NCBI GenBank assembly: GCA_963822575.1
Contig: CAWGHZ010000002.1
Coordinates: 327,115-391,114 of the forward strand
Source: an uncultured Alphaproteobacteria bacterium
GTDB taxonomy: Bacteria > Pseudomonadota > Alphaproteobacteria > MPNO01 > DASWLB01
Direction of reading: 5' to 3'
DNA length: 64,000 nucleotides
Below the pieces are notes generated by a model. The model was not told the DNA's origin, made no database searches, and was given only the letters and a program-made list of their open reading frames with translations. A program made the position numbers and the translations under genes. Below, in pieces: positions 12,540-21,463 of this stretch. The first letter of the stretch is position 1; every line of letters starts with the position of its first letter.

Positions 12540-13022
12540 CGCCTCTCCATGCGGTGCCGTCCCGCCCAACCGGCGGCGCACCATCTAGGCGACGTAACCG
12601 CGCGAACTCCCGCCGGCGGTCGGCCGCCGCATTATCCTGCGTCCGCGCTACTTGTGGTCTTTTTGTCGAACGAATCGAATGACTTGCGCTGGACTACTAA
12701 TGTCGTGTCTTCCACCCCGCAACGAAGGGGATCCCACCCGATCCCACCACTTCTATCGAACATCGCACGATAGTCTGCGCCCGCACGCGGCGTCAACCTG
12801 TTTCGCCGTGACTGTTGTCACAGTCTTCCTTGAAAATCAGGACGTTAACTTTAATTCGTAACACCTACGAAAGCGTTCGCTGGGACTGTCGCGGCGCGCG
12901 CTGCCCGCCCGACGCGAATCTCCGTCGCAAGGGTGCGCGCCGCCTTTTCCCATGACGGGCGATGGATGAACCGCTAACATCGCCGCCAATCGCGTGAGCG
13001 CGCACGGGAGGCGCAGACCGGA

Positions 13023-15248
13023 GTGTTGAAACGGCTGTCGCAGGCGCTGCGCCGGGGGCGCCGCTGGTCGGCGGGCGTGCGCGGTCTCGCCTTCGTCCTG
13101 CTGGCCGCGCTGCTGGCACTCCGTGTGTGGGACCCGGCCCCGGTCCAGCTCATCCGGCTGCAAGCGTTCGACCTCTACCAGCGTATCGCGCCGCGCAAGC
13201 CCACCTCGTTCCCGGTCGTCATCGTCGACATCGACGAGAAGAGCCTCGCCGAGCTCGGCCAGTGGCCGTGGCCGCGCACGCTGATCGCCCGGATGGTCGA
13301 TCGGCTGCGCGAGGCCGGCGTGGCGGCGGTCGGCTTCGACGTCGTGTTCGCCGAGCGCGACCGCATGTCGCCGGAAAACCTGGAGAGCGCGTTCGAGGGC
13401 ATCACGCCCGAAACCATGTCGGCTCTCAAGAAGCTCCGGTCGAACGACGCGATCTTCGCCAACTCGCTCGCGCGTTCGCGTGCGGTGCTGGGCCGCGCCG
13501 CGCTCGCCGAGGGCGAGCCGGGGTCGGAGAAGCCGTTGCCGCACAATTCGCCCGTGGCGCTCCTGGGCGGCGACCCGCGCCCATACATGCTGCATTACGG
13601 GGGGCTCGTCTCGAACCTGCCGGTCCTGGAGAAGGCGGCGCCCGGCGCCGGTATCTTCACGCTGGGCCAGGAGCGCGACACGGTGGTGCGCCGCGTGCCT
13701 GTCGCCATGGTCGTGAAGGACAAGATCTTCCCGTCGCTCGACACCGAGCTCCTGCGCATCGCGACCGGCGGGCAGGCCTACGCGATCCGGTCCAACGCGG
13801 CCGGGGTGGACAGCATCGTGGTCGGCGGCGTGCGCGTGCCGACCGACGCCTACGGCCGCGTATGGGTGCATTATTCCCCGCCCGACTCGCGCCGCTACGT
13901 CTCGGCGGCCGACGTGATCGCGGGCCGGGTGCCGGTGGCGCGGCTGCGCGGCCACCTCGCCATAATGGGCACTTCGGCGTCGGGATTGCGCGACATCAAG
14001 GCGACGCCGGTCGGCACCATGCCGGGGGTGGAGGTCCACGCCCAGCTCCTCGAAACCGTCCTCTCGGGGCAATATCTGGCGCGGCCGAACTATGCGCTGG
14101 GCGAGGAGCTGTCGCTGACCGCCCTCGCGGGGCTCGTCGTCATAATCCTGGTGCCGATGGTCGGCGCCTGGTGGGCGATGGCGGTGGCGCTCGCCGGTAT
14201 CGGCATCCTCATCGGCGTGGCATGGGACCTGTTCGTCACACAAGGCGTGCTCCTTGGCGTCATGTACCCGTCCTTCGCGACGGTTGCGCTCTATGGCCTC
14301 CTTACCTTCCTCGGCTACGTGCGCGAGGAGGCGGAACGGCGGCGCATCCGCACGGCGTTCTCGCGCTACCTCTCGCCGCACATGGTGGCGCGCGTCGCCG
14401 AGGATCCGTCGCACCTCAAGCTCGGCGGCGAGAACCGCGAGATGACGCTGATGTTCACCGACGTGATGGGCTTCACGCGGATCGCCGAGAATTACGACGC
14501 CGTCGGCCTCACCCACCTGATCAACACCATGCTGACGCCCTTGACCAACGCGATCATCGACACCGAGGGCACGGTCGACAAGTACATGGGCGACGCGATC
14601 ATGGCCTTCTGGAACGCGCCGCTCGACGACCCCGACCACGCGCGCCACGCCTGCCGCGCGGCGCTCGAGATCCAGCGCCGCATGGGGCCGGTGAACGATG
14701 TGGTCAAGGCCGACTGCGAGGTGTCGGGCCGCAAATACATGAAGCTCGGCGTCGGCGTCGGGCTCAACACCGGCGTGTGCTGCGTCGGCAACATGGGCTC
14801 GGATCTGCGCTTCGACTACTCCTGCCTCGGCGACACGGTGAACACGGCCTCGCGCCTCGAGGGCCAGACGCGGCTATACGGGGTGAAGATCGTGGTTGGC
14901 GAGTCCACCTACGAGGAGGCCGACGATTTCGCCTATCTCGAGCTCGACCTGATCCGCGTGATCGGCAAGGAAAAGCCGGTGCGCATCTACGCGCTGGTTG
15001 GCGAACCCGAATTCGCCCAGACGCCGGAGTTTCGGAAGCTCGCCCAGGCGCACGCCGAGATGCTCGACGCCTACCGCTCGCAGGACTGGGCGCGCACCGG
15101 TGCCCTGCTCGCGAGCTGCCGCGAGCTCGACCCCGGGCTCGACCTCGGCAGGCTCTACGACCTGTTCGCCGAGCGCATCGCCGAGTTCGCCGCCGTCCCG
15201 CCGCCGCCGGACTGGGACAACGTCTACGTCGCGACGTCGAAGCATTAG
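13023..15248 (+). CDS. CHASE2-sensor class III adenylate/guanylate cyclase, 741 aa (GTG start)
   Basis: N-terminal periplasmic CHASE2-like region followed by TM helices. The C-terminal cyclase catalytic domain carries the motif FTDVMGFTRIAE...GDAIMAFW. It is transcribed divergently from the RTX gene. Confidence 0.85.
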   Translation: MLKRLSQALRRGRRWSAGVRGLAFVLLAALLALRVWDPAPVQLIRLQAFDLYQRIAPRKPTSFPVVIVDIDEKSLAELGQWPWPRTLIARMVDRLREAGVAAVGFDVVFAERDRMSPENLESAFEGITPETMSALKKLRSNDAIFANSLARSRAVLGRAALAEGEPGSEKPLPHNSPVALLGGDPRPYMLHYGGLVSNLPVLEKAAPGAGIFTLGQERDTVVRRVPVAMVVKDKIFPSLDTELLRIATGGQAYAIRSNAAGVDSIVVGGVRVPTDAYGRVWVHYSPPDSRRYVSAADVIAGRVPVARLRGHLAIMGTSASGLRDIKATPVGTMPGVEVHAQLLETVLSGQYLARPNYALGEELSLTALAGLVVIILVPMVGAWWAMAVALAGIGILIGVAWDLFVTQGVLLGVMYPSFATVALYGLLTFLGYVREEAERRRIRTAFSRYLSPHMVARVAEDPSHLKLGGENREMTLMFTDVMGFTRIAENYDAVGLTHLINTMLTPLTNAIIDTEGTVDKYMGDAIMAFWNAPLDDPDHARHACRAALEIQRRMGPVNDVVKADCEVSGRKYMKLGVGVGLNTGVCCVGNMGSDLRFDYSCLGDTVNTASRLEGQTRLYGVKIVVGESTYEEADDFAYLELDLIRVIGKEKPVRIYALVGEPEFAQTPEFRKLAQAHAEMLDAYRSQDWARTGALLASCRELDPGLDLGRLYDLFAERIAEFAAVPPPPDWDNVYVATSKH

Positions 15249-15314
15249 GCCGATCGGTCTTCGCGGGATCGTGCCGCGCGCGTAGAATGACCGCAGACTA
15301 TAGGGGGGAATCCG

Positions 15315-15860
15315 ATGGCGAAGGAACTGCCGCCGGTGCGGCGCATCGTGACCGGCAAGGGGTCGGACGGCCGGGCGACGATCCAGGAGGACGGCACGGC
15401 GCCGGTCGTCACCACCGTCGCGGCGCGGCCGGGCTACCGCGTCACGAGCCTGTGGGTGACGGAGGAGACGCCGGCGCATATCGACGCGCCGGACGGCACG
15501 CCGTCCCACAAGGGGCTGTTGCCGCCGCGCTCGGGCACCGTGTTCCGCATGATTGACATCCCGCCCGAGCCTGCCGACGCTGCCGCGCGCGAAACGATGC
15601 AGCGTGCGACCTTCGGCGCGATCTACCAGGACCTCAAGAAGGACTATGCCGCGAACCGCCATCCCGGCATGCACCAGACCGACACGGTCGACTACGCCAT
15701 CTGCATGTCGGGCGAGATCTACGCGGTGATGGAGGATGGCGAGACGCTGATGAAGGCGGGCGACGTGCTGATCCAGCGCGGCACCAACCACGCCTGGTCG
15801 AACCGGTCGGGTGAGATATGCCGCATGTGCTTCGTCCTGATCGACGGTACGTGGAGCTGA
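15315..15860 (+). CDS. Cupin-domain protein, 181 aa
   Basis: Intact ORF with an RBS-like GGGGGGA upstream. Cupin beta-barrel motifs (G..H.H...E...G) are present. It sits in the catabolic cluster. Confidence 0.65.
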   Translation: MAKELPPVRRIVTGKGSDGRATIQEDGTAPVVTTVAARPGYRVTSLWVTEETPAHIDAPDGTPSHKGLLPPRSGTVFRMIDIPPEPADAAARETMQRATFGAIYQDLKKDYAANRHPGMHQTDTVDYAICMSGEIYAVMEDGETLMKAGDVLIQRGTNHAWSNRSGEICRMCFVLIDGTWS

Positions 15861-15882
15861 GACGAAAAAGGGGGAGGGGACA

Positions 15883-17025
15883 ATGTTCTACGATTGCGCG
15901 CCGCATGCGCCGGCGACGGGCCACGGCCACGCGCGGACGGTGCGCCGCCGCTCCAAGAGCGTGACGGTCGACATCCACTGCCATTTCATGTCGCCGCGCG
16001 CGATCGAGTTCGTCCGGCCGCACTACGCGCCGGAGCGCGAGTCGGCGCTGCGTTACGCCAACCCGCTGACGCGCCAGATCCTGATCGAGCAGAACGAGCG
16101 CGTGGCCGGCCCGATCTCGACCGCCGAGAAGCGGCTCAAGGACATGGACCGGATGGGGATCGACATCCAGGCCATTTCGCCCGGCCCGCAGGCCTACAAC
16201 TACTGGCTCGACGCCGACCTCGGCCGTCAGGCGAGCCGAATGGTGAACGAGGATCTGGCGGCGCTGGTTGCGACCCACCCCGACCGGCTGGTCGCGATGG
16301 GCACCGTCCCGCTACAGGACGCGCGCCTCGCGGTCGAGGAGATGGAGTACTGCGTCAAGAAGCTCGGCATGCGCGGCATCGAGATTTCCTCGCAGGTCAA
16401 CGGCACCGAGATTTCGGCGAAGCGGTTGGAGCCGTTCTGGGCGAAGGCGGAGGAGCTCGGCATCCTGATCTTCCTGCATCCTCTGGGCACCACCAGCGCC
16501 GAGCGCCTCGCCGACCATTACTTCAACAACGTCATCGCCAATCCGTTGGAGGCGACCATCGCGGTCGGCTATCTGATCTTCGACGGCGTGCTCGACCGGC
16601 ACCGGAAGCTCAAGATCTGCGTGGCGCATGGTGGCGGGTACGTGTCGCACTATCCCGGCCGCATGGACCACACGTTCCGGGCGCGCGCCGACGGCCGGGT
16701 CAACATCAAGCGCAAGCCGTCGGAATATCTGAAGCGGCTCTATTTCGACACGGTGCTGTTCGACAACTCGCAGCTCACCCATCTGGTGAAGCGCTGGGGC
16801 GCCGACCACCTGATCCTCGGCACCGACTGGCCATACGACATGGCCGAGACCGACCCGGTCGGGTTCGTCGAAAGCTGCAAGGGCCTCACCGCCGCCCAGC
16901 GCACCCAGATCGAAGGGCTGAACGCGGCGAAGCTTTTGGGCCTCAAGCTGCCGAAGGCGAAGCCCGCGACAAAGAAGGCGGCGGCGAAGCGCCCCACCGC
17001 CCGGCGTTCCAAAGCTCGGGTCTAA
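15883..17025 (+). CDS. Amidohydrolase-2 family metal-dependent decarboxylase/hydrolase (ACMSD/LigW-like), 380 aa
   Basis: Strong RBS (GGGGGAGGGGA) upstream. The VDIHCH metal-binding motif is followed by later His/Asp ligands typical of the amidohydrolase_2 TIM barrel. The Lys/Ala-rich C-terminal tail is unusual. Confidence 0.8.
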   Translation: MFYDCAPHAPATGHGHARTVRRRSKSVTVDIHCHFMSPRAIEFVRPHYAPERESALRYANPLTRQILIEQNERVAGPISTAEKRLKDMDRMGIDIQAISPGPQAYNYWLDADLGRQASRMVNEDLAALVATHPDRLVAMGTVPLQDARLAVEEMEYCVKKLGMRGIEISSQVNGTEISAKRLEPFWAKAEELGILIFLHPLGTTSAERLADHYFNNVIANPLEATIAVGYLIFDGVLDRHRKLKICVAHGGGYVSHYPGRMDHTFRARADGRVNIKRKPSEYLKRLYFDTVLFDNSQLTHLVKRWGADHLILGTDWPYDMAETDPVGFVESCKGLTAAQRTQIEGLNAAKLLGLKLPKAKPATKKAAAKRPTARRSKARV

Positions 17026-17106
17026 TATGACCTGGCATCCCGGCCAAGCCGCGAAGCGGCGCGAGCCGGGACCCATCTTGGAGCAACCGAGTTGCGGGGG
17101 GATGGG

Positions 17107-17136
17107 CCCCGGATCGGCGCTTTGCGCCGTCCGGGG
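17107..17136. terminator. GC-rich hairpin between convergent genes; candidate bidirectional terminator
   Basis: The sequence ccccggatcggcgc-ttt-gcgccgtccgggg forms a ~13-bp stem with a single-nucleotide bulge. It lies between the amidohydrolase stop (17025) and the convergent DsbA-like stop (17143). Confidence 0.4.
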
Positions 17137-17142
17137 TGCCAA

Positions 17143-17772
17143 TCAGGAATTCGGCTCTCGCTTCTCCGCCCCGGCCTGTTGGGCGAGGCGTTCCATCATC
17201 TCGTAGGGCTGGGCGCCGACCACGCCATAGCCGGCCGCGACGAAGGTCGGCACGCCGGTCACGCCGTACTGGCGCGACTTCTCCCAGTCGGCGTCGACCG
17301 CGGCGCTGAATCGCCGTTCGGCGAGCACGGCCTGCGCCTCCGCCCCGTCGAGCCCCACTGCGCGGACGATGTCGAGCAGCACGTCGGGATCGCCGATGTT
17401 GCGCGCGTCGACGAAATAGGCGCGGAACAGCGCGTCGTGGATCGCCCAGCCGCCCGGCTGCGTGTCGGCCCACTTGCCGAGCTCCTGCGCGAGGCGCGAG
17501 TTGTAGGTATGGGTGCGCTTGCCGTAGGGCAGGCCCTCGGCGTCCATCCGTGCCTTCATCTGGCGCCACATGGCGTCGGGATCGAGGTTGCGGCCGCGAT
17601 ACATCTCCTCGACCGAGCGGCCCTCGGCGGGCGTCTCGGGGTGCAGCGGGAAATGCACGATCGCAACGTCGACGTCATATTCCCGCTTCAGCCGTTCAAC
17701 TCGCACGGAGCTGAGATAGCACCAGGGTCAGACGTAGTCCGAGAAGATCTCGTAGCGGACGGGCTCGGCCAT
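17143..17772 (-). CDS. DsbA/FrnE-family thiol:disulfide oxidoreductase (2-hydroxychromene-2-carboxylate isomerase-like) with an in-frame TGA at the first Cys of the CxxC motif; candidate selenoprotein, or nonsense mutation/sequence error
   Basis: The ATG at 17772..17770 lies 5 nt downstream of GGAGGA. Its translation MAEPVRYEIFSDYV-[TGA at 17730..17728]-PWCYLSSVRVERLK... continues for 187 aa with clear FrnE/DsbA-like similarity. The TGA sits exactly where DsbA/FrnE proteins (FSDYVCPWCY) have the catalytic N-terminal Cys. Confidence 0.6.
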
Positions 17773-17886
17773 CTTGGTCCTCCGTAGCTTCCTCTTACAT
17801 TGCACCCCGGAGGGCGCAGATCAAGGCGCGGTTTCCGGGCGCCGCGGACTGTGCCATCGTGGCGGAAGCGCGCGGGGGAGGGAGAC

Positions 17887-19008
17887 ATGGCCGCAGAGCT
17901 TCTGCTGGTGGGGAGCATCCCGCTGGAGACCGCGGAGGAGGTGTTCCGGGCGTTCGGCTCGACGCTCGGGCCGCATCTCGCCTACCTTCCTGACGGCGAG
18001 ATCGCAGACCGGCGCTACTGGATCGACGGCATCGCCTATCGCGTGCTCAACGGCCACACCGACCTGGAGACGGTCCGCCGGCCGAAGCCGACCGCCGACG
18101 GGCGCGAGAACTGGCGCCCGCTCGGACGCGACGACCAGTTCCAGTTCCGCGTGCGACCGGGCGTGAGCCGCGTGCGGTTCGGCGATCCGGGCTGGCGGCT
18201 CGGCTATACGCGCGACGCCATCGCCTCCTATTTCGTCTTCCGCCAGCTCCGCAAGGAGGGCGCGATTCCGGCGCACGTGAGGTTCCAGGTCTGCATGCCG
18301 CTGACCTGGAGCTGCATCGGTGCGTTCTTTCCCGATCCCGCCGATCGCGAGAAGGTGGCGCCGGGCATGACCGAGGCGCTGGCCGCGGAAGTCGCCAAGA
18401 TCGTCGAGAAGATCCCGCCCGATGACCTCGCCATCCAGTGGGACCTCGCTATCGAGCAGCGCTATGTCGAGACCGCGCTCCGCGAGGGCGGGCTCGCCGC
18501 AGGCCGCGCCGAGGCGGCGCGCATGATGGCGCCGGCGGCCGAGATCGCGCCGCACATCCCGGAGGCCGCGGCGCTCGGCTATCACGCCTGCTTCGGCACG
18601 CTCAACGGCTGGCCGTCGACGCGTCCGCCCGATCTGACCGGCACCGTCCAGATGCTGAACGAGGCGGTCGCGGCGTCGGGCCGCAAGGTCGACTTCCTGC
18701 ATTTCCCGACCCTGGGCGATGCCACCGATGCGTACTTCGCGCCGCTGGGCGAGCTCGACGCGAAAGGGGCGCGCGTCTATGTCGGCGCGATCCATCATTT
18801 GCACGGCGCGGCCGGTCTCGCAGGCCAGCTTGCGGCGGTCGACAAGGTGCTGAAGGACTACGGCCTCGCCGCGCCCTGCGGGTTCGGACGCGCGCCGGAG
18901 CGGCCGGGGCGCCTCCTGGCCGACGAAGGGATCGGCCCACCGCCCGAGATCGTGCGCACCATCATCGACGACCATCTGGCGGCGGCGAAGCTGCTGGCGG
19001 GACGCTGA
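17887..19008 (+). CDS. MetE-like (cobalamin-independent methionine synthase C-terminal/UROD-like fold) family protein, paralog 1, ~373 aa
   Basis: RBS GGGAGGGAG upstream of the ATG. The motif GYHACFG...E...CGFG resembles the Zn ligands (H-x-C, E, C) of MetE-type methyltransferases. It shares clear N-terminal similarity with the 20412..21449 paralog (VGSIPLETAEEVFRAFG.. vs VGSVPLPTAEDTFRALA..). Confidence 0.55.
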   Translation: MAAELLLVGSIPLETAEEVFRAFGSTLGPHLAYLPDGEIADRRYWIDGIAYRVLNGHTDLETVRRPKPTADGRENWRPLGRDDQFQFRVRPGVSRVRFGDPGWRLGYTRDAIASYFVFRQLRKEGAIPAHVRFQVCMPLTWSCIGAFFPDPADREKVAPGMTEALAAEVAKIVEKIPPDDLAIQWDLAIEQRYVETALREGGLAAGRAEAARMMAPAAEIAPHIPEAAALGYHACFGTLNGWPSTRPPDLTGTVQMLNEAVAASGRKVDFLHFPTLGDATDAYFAPLGELDAKGARVYVGAIHHLHGAAGLAGQLAAVDKVLKDYGLAAPCGFGRAPERPGRLLADEGIGPPPEIVRTIIDDHLAAAKLLAGR

Positions 19009-19076
19009 GCGACCGCCTCTTTCCGCGAACCGTCCAACTGTGCCATCGTGCACGCGCAGCGCACGCGGGGGAAGCC

Positions 19077-20415
19077 ATGGCTTACAAGATAAACGACACG
19101 CACGATGCGAAGCTCGAAAGCTGGGTCGAAAGCGCCAACAGGGACCGACACGCCGTTCCCGATCCAGAACCTGCCGGTCGGCGTTTTCATGCGAAAGGGG
19201 AGGGCCGCGAAGCCCACCTGCGGCGTCGCCATCGGCGCCGAGATCGTGGACATCCCGGCCGCCCTCAAGGCGGGAGTGTTCACCGGTCGCGCCAAGGCAG
19301 GCGCGGAAGCGCTCACCGGGCCCAATCTCAACCCGTTCCTCGCCCTGGGCCCGGCCGCCTGGTCGGCGGTGCGGTCGCAGCTCTCGAAGGCGCTGCGTAC
19401 CGGCCGCGGCGCGACCGGCAAGCTGAAATCCGCGCGGCGGCGCTGCCTCGTCAAGCAGTCGGACGTGCGCATGTGCCTGCCGGTCGAGGTGCACAACTAC
19501 TCCGACTTCTTCGTCTCGATGCACCACGTCATCAATGTAGCGAAGGCGGTCGGACGGCCCGAGCCCTATGTGCGCCCGGCCTGGCGCTACATGCCGGTCG
19601 GCTACCACAGCCGGGCCTCGACCGTGATCGTCTCCGGGACGAAGGTGCGGCGCCCGCTCGGCCAGTATCCGGAGGGCAACCAGCCGCCCAAGTTCGGCGT
19701 GTGCAAGAAGCTCGACTATGAGCTCGAGATGGCGGCGATCATCGGGCCGGGCAGCCGGATCGGCGAGCGCGTCCAAATGAAGGACGCGGAAGATCACATT
19801 TTCGGCCTCGTCCTGCTCAACGACTGGTCGGCGCGCGACATCCAGTTCTGGGAGTCGATCCTCGGCCCGTTCCTCGGCAAGTCGATGGCGACGACCATCT
19901 CGCCCTGGGTCGTGACCATCGAGGCGCTGGCGCCGTTCCGCGCTTCCCTCGATGCGCGCCCGGCGGGCGATCCCGCGCCGCTGCCGCACCTCGCGCCGCC
20001 GAAGGGCGCGCCGGCCGACGGGTTCGACATCACGCTCGAGGCGTTCATCCGATCGGAGAAGATGCGGAAAGCGCGCGAGGCGCCGACGCGCTTCACCCGC
20101 ACCAACTACCGGCGCATGTACTGGTCGATCGACCAGATGGTGGCGCACCACACCTCGAACGGCTGCAACCTGGTGCCGGGCGACGTGCTGGGCACCGGCA
20201 CGATGTCGGGCCCGACGCGCGAGGAGGCGGCGTGCCTCGTCGAGCGGACGCTCTACGGGCGCGAGCCGGTGCGCCTCGCCTCGGGCGAGATGCGCGGTTT
20301 CGTCGAGGACGGCGACGAGGTGATCTTCACCGGCACCGCCCATGCCGACGGGTACCGCTCGATCGGGTTCGGCGAATGCCGCGGGGAGGTGACGCCGGCG
20401 GAGAAGCTGAGATGA
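19077..20415 (+). CDS. fahA: Fumarylacetoacetate hydrolase (FAH) with an apparent +1 frameshift near 19135
   Basis: The frame from ATG 19077 gives MAYKINDTHDAKLESWVESAN. The remainder (TDTPFPIQNLPVGVF...) is in the adjacent frame (ORF 19105..20415) and carries the FAH N-terminal signature FPIQNLP(Y/V)GVF. An extra base lies around gccaacaggg. Confidence 0.8.
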
Positions 20416-21449
20416 CGACGACGATCCATTTCGTGGGGTCGGTGCCGTTGCCGACGGCCGAGGACACGTTCCGTGCGCTCGCCGCGCTCGGCTCCCGCGT
20501 GCCGCGCCTGCCCGACGGCGAGCCCGGCAACCGGCAGAACTGGATCATGAGCCAGCACGCCGTGTTCGACCGGGCGGGGATGTTCGAGCGGTACGAGGAG
20601 GCGCCGGACAGCCGCGCCCCGACGGTGAAGCGCGTGCGCTATCGGTTGCGGCCCGGCGCCGGGCCGGTGACTGCCGAGCGGCTCGCCCCGCTCGGCTACG
20701 CGGCGGGGGCGCGCGAATCCTTCGCCACCTTCTCGCGCCTCAAGCACGAGGGGTTTATCGGCCCCGCCGCGCGGTTCCAGGTCTCGATCCCGTCGCCCTA
20801 CGACATCGTCGGGTTCGGGGTCGATCACGCCGACTACCCGAAGGTCTATCCCGCCTACGAGCGCGCGATCCTGAACGAGGCCGCGCGCATCGTCGCAATC
20901 GTGCCGCACCAGGATCTGGCGATCCAGTGGGACATCGCGCACGAGTTCGAGTATTTGGCGAGCCATGCCTCGCCGCCCTTCGTGCCGATCACGCGCGACC
21001 AGGTGGTGGCGCTTCTCGTGCGGTTGGGCGAGGCGGTGCCGCCCGACATCCAGCTCGGCTATCATTGCTGCTACGGCGACTACAACCACAGGCACTTCAT
21101 CGAGCCCAAGGACACCGGCGACATGGTCGCCGTGATGAACGCCGTCGCCGCACGGATCGGCCGCACGGTCGAGTTCGTCCATATGCCGGTGCCGCGCGAC
21201 CGGTCGGACGCCGCCTATTTCGCGCCGCTGAAAAAGCTGAAGCTCCGGCCCGAGACGCAGCTCTATCTCGGCCTCGTCCACTACACCGACAAGCTGCCCG
21301 GCACGCAAAAGCGCATCGCCGCGGCGCGCAAGGCGGTGAAGGGGTTCGGCATCGCCACCGAGTGCGGCCTCGGGCGGCGCAAGTCGGAGACGATCGCGGA
21401 GCTTCTGCGCATCCACGTCGAGGCGGCGTCGTTCATGGACGGCGGCTGA
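20412..21449 (+). CDS. MetE-like/UROD-fold family protein, paralog 2, 345 aa
   Basis: Its ATG overlaps the FAH stop (ATGA). The motifs GYHCCYGD...E...ATECGLG are present. It is a paralog of 17887..19008. Confidence 0.55.
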   Translation: MTTTIHFVGSVPLPTAEDTFRALAALGSRVPRLPDGEPGNRQNWIMSQHAVFDRAGMFERYEEAPDSRAPTVKRVRYRLRPGAGPVTAERLAPLGYAAGARESFATFSRLKHEGFIGPAARFQVSIPSPYDIVGFGVDHADYPKVYPAYERAILNEAARIVAIVPHQDLAIQWDIAHEFEYLASHASPPFVPITRDQVVALLVRLGEAVPPDIQLGYHCCYGDYNHRHFIEPKDTGDMVAVMNAVAARIGRTVEFVHMPVPRDRSDAAYFAPLKKLKLRPETQLYLGLVHYTDKLPGTQKRIAAARKAVKGFGIATECGLGRRKSETIAELLRIHVEAASFMDGG

Positions 21450-21463
21450 GGCGCGCGTCGTCC

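Noticed and set aside
8265-12773. 1502-aa plus-strand ORF, plus 5422..7290 and other long ORFs opposite the RTX gene
   Set aside because: Repetitive Arg/Val/Ala-rich junk generated by the reverse complement of GGxGxD-encoding repeats.
12837-14648. 603-aa minus-strand ORF overlapping the adenylate cyclase gene
   Set aside because: Arg/His/Gly-rich, low-complexity translation typical of the antisense frame of a high-GC gene. The plus-strand cyclase has clear domains.
17821-20343. 840-aa minus-strand ORF spanning the MetE-like/fahA region
   Set aside because: Antisense shadow. Strongly Arg-rich and overlaps three well-supported plus-strand genes.
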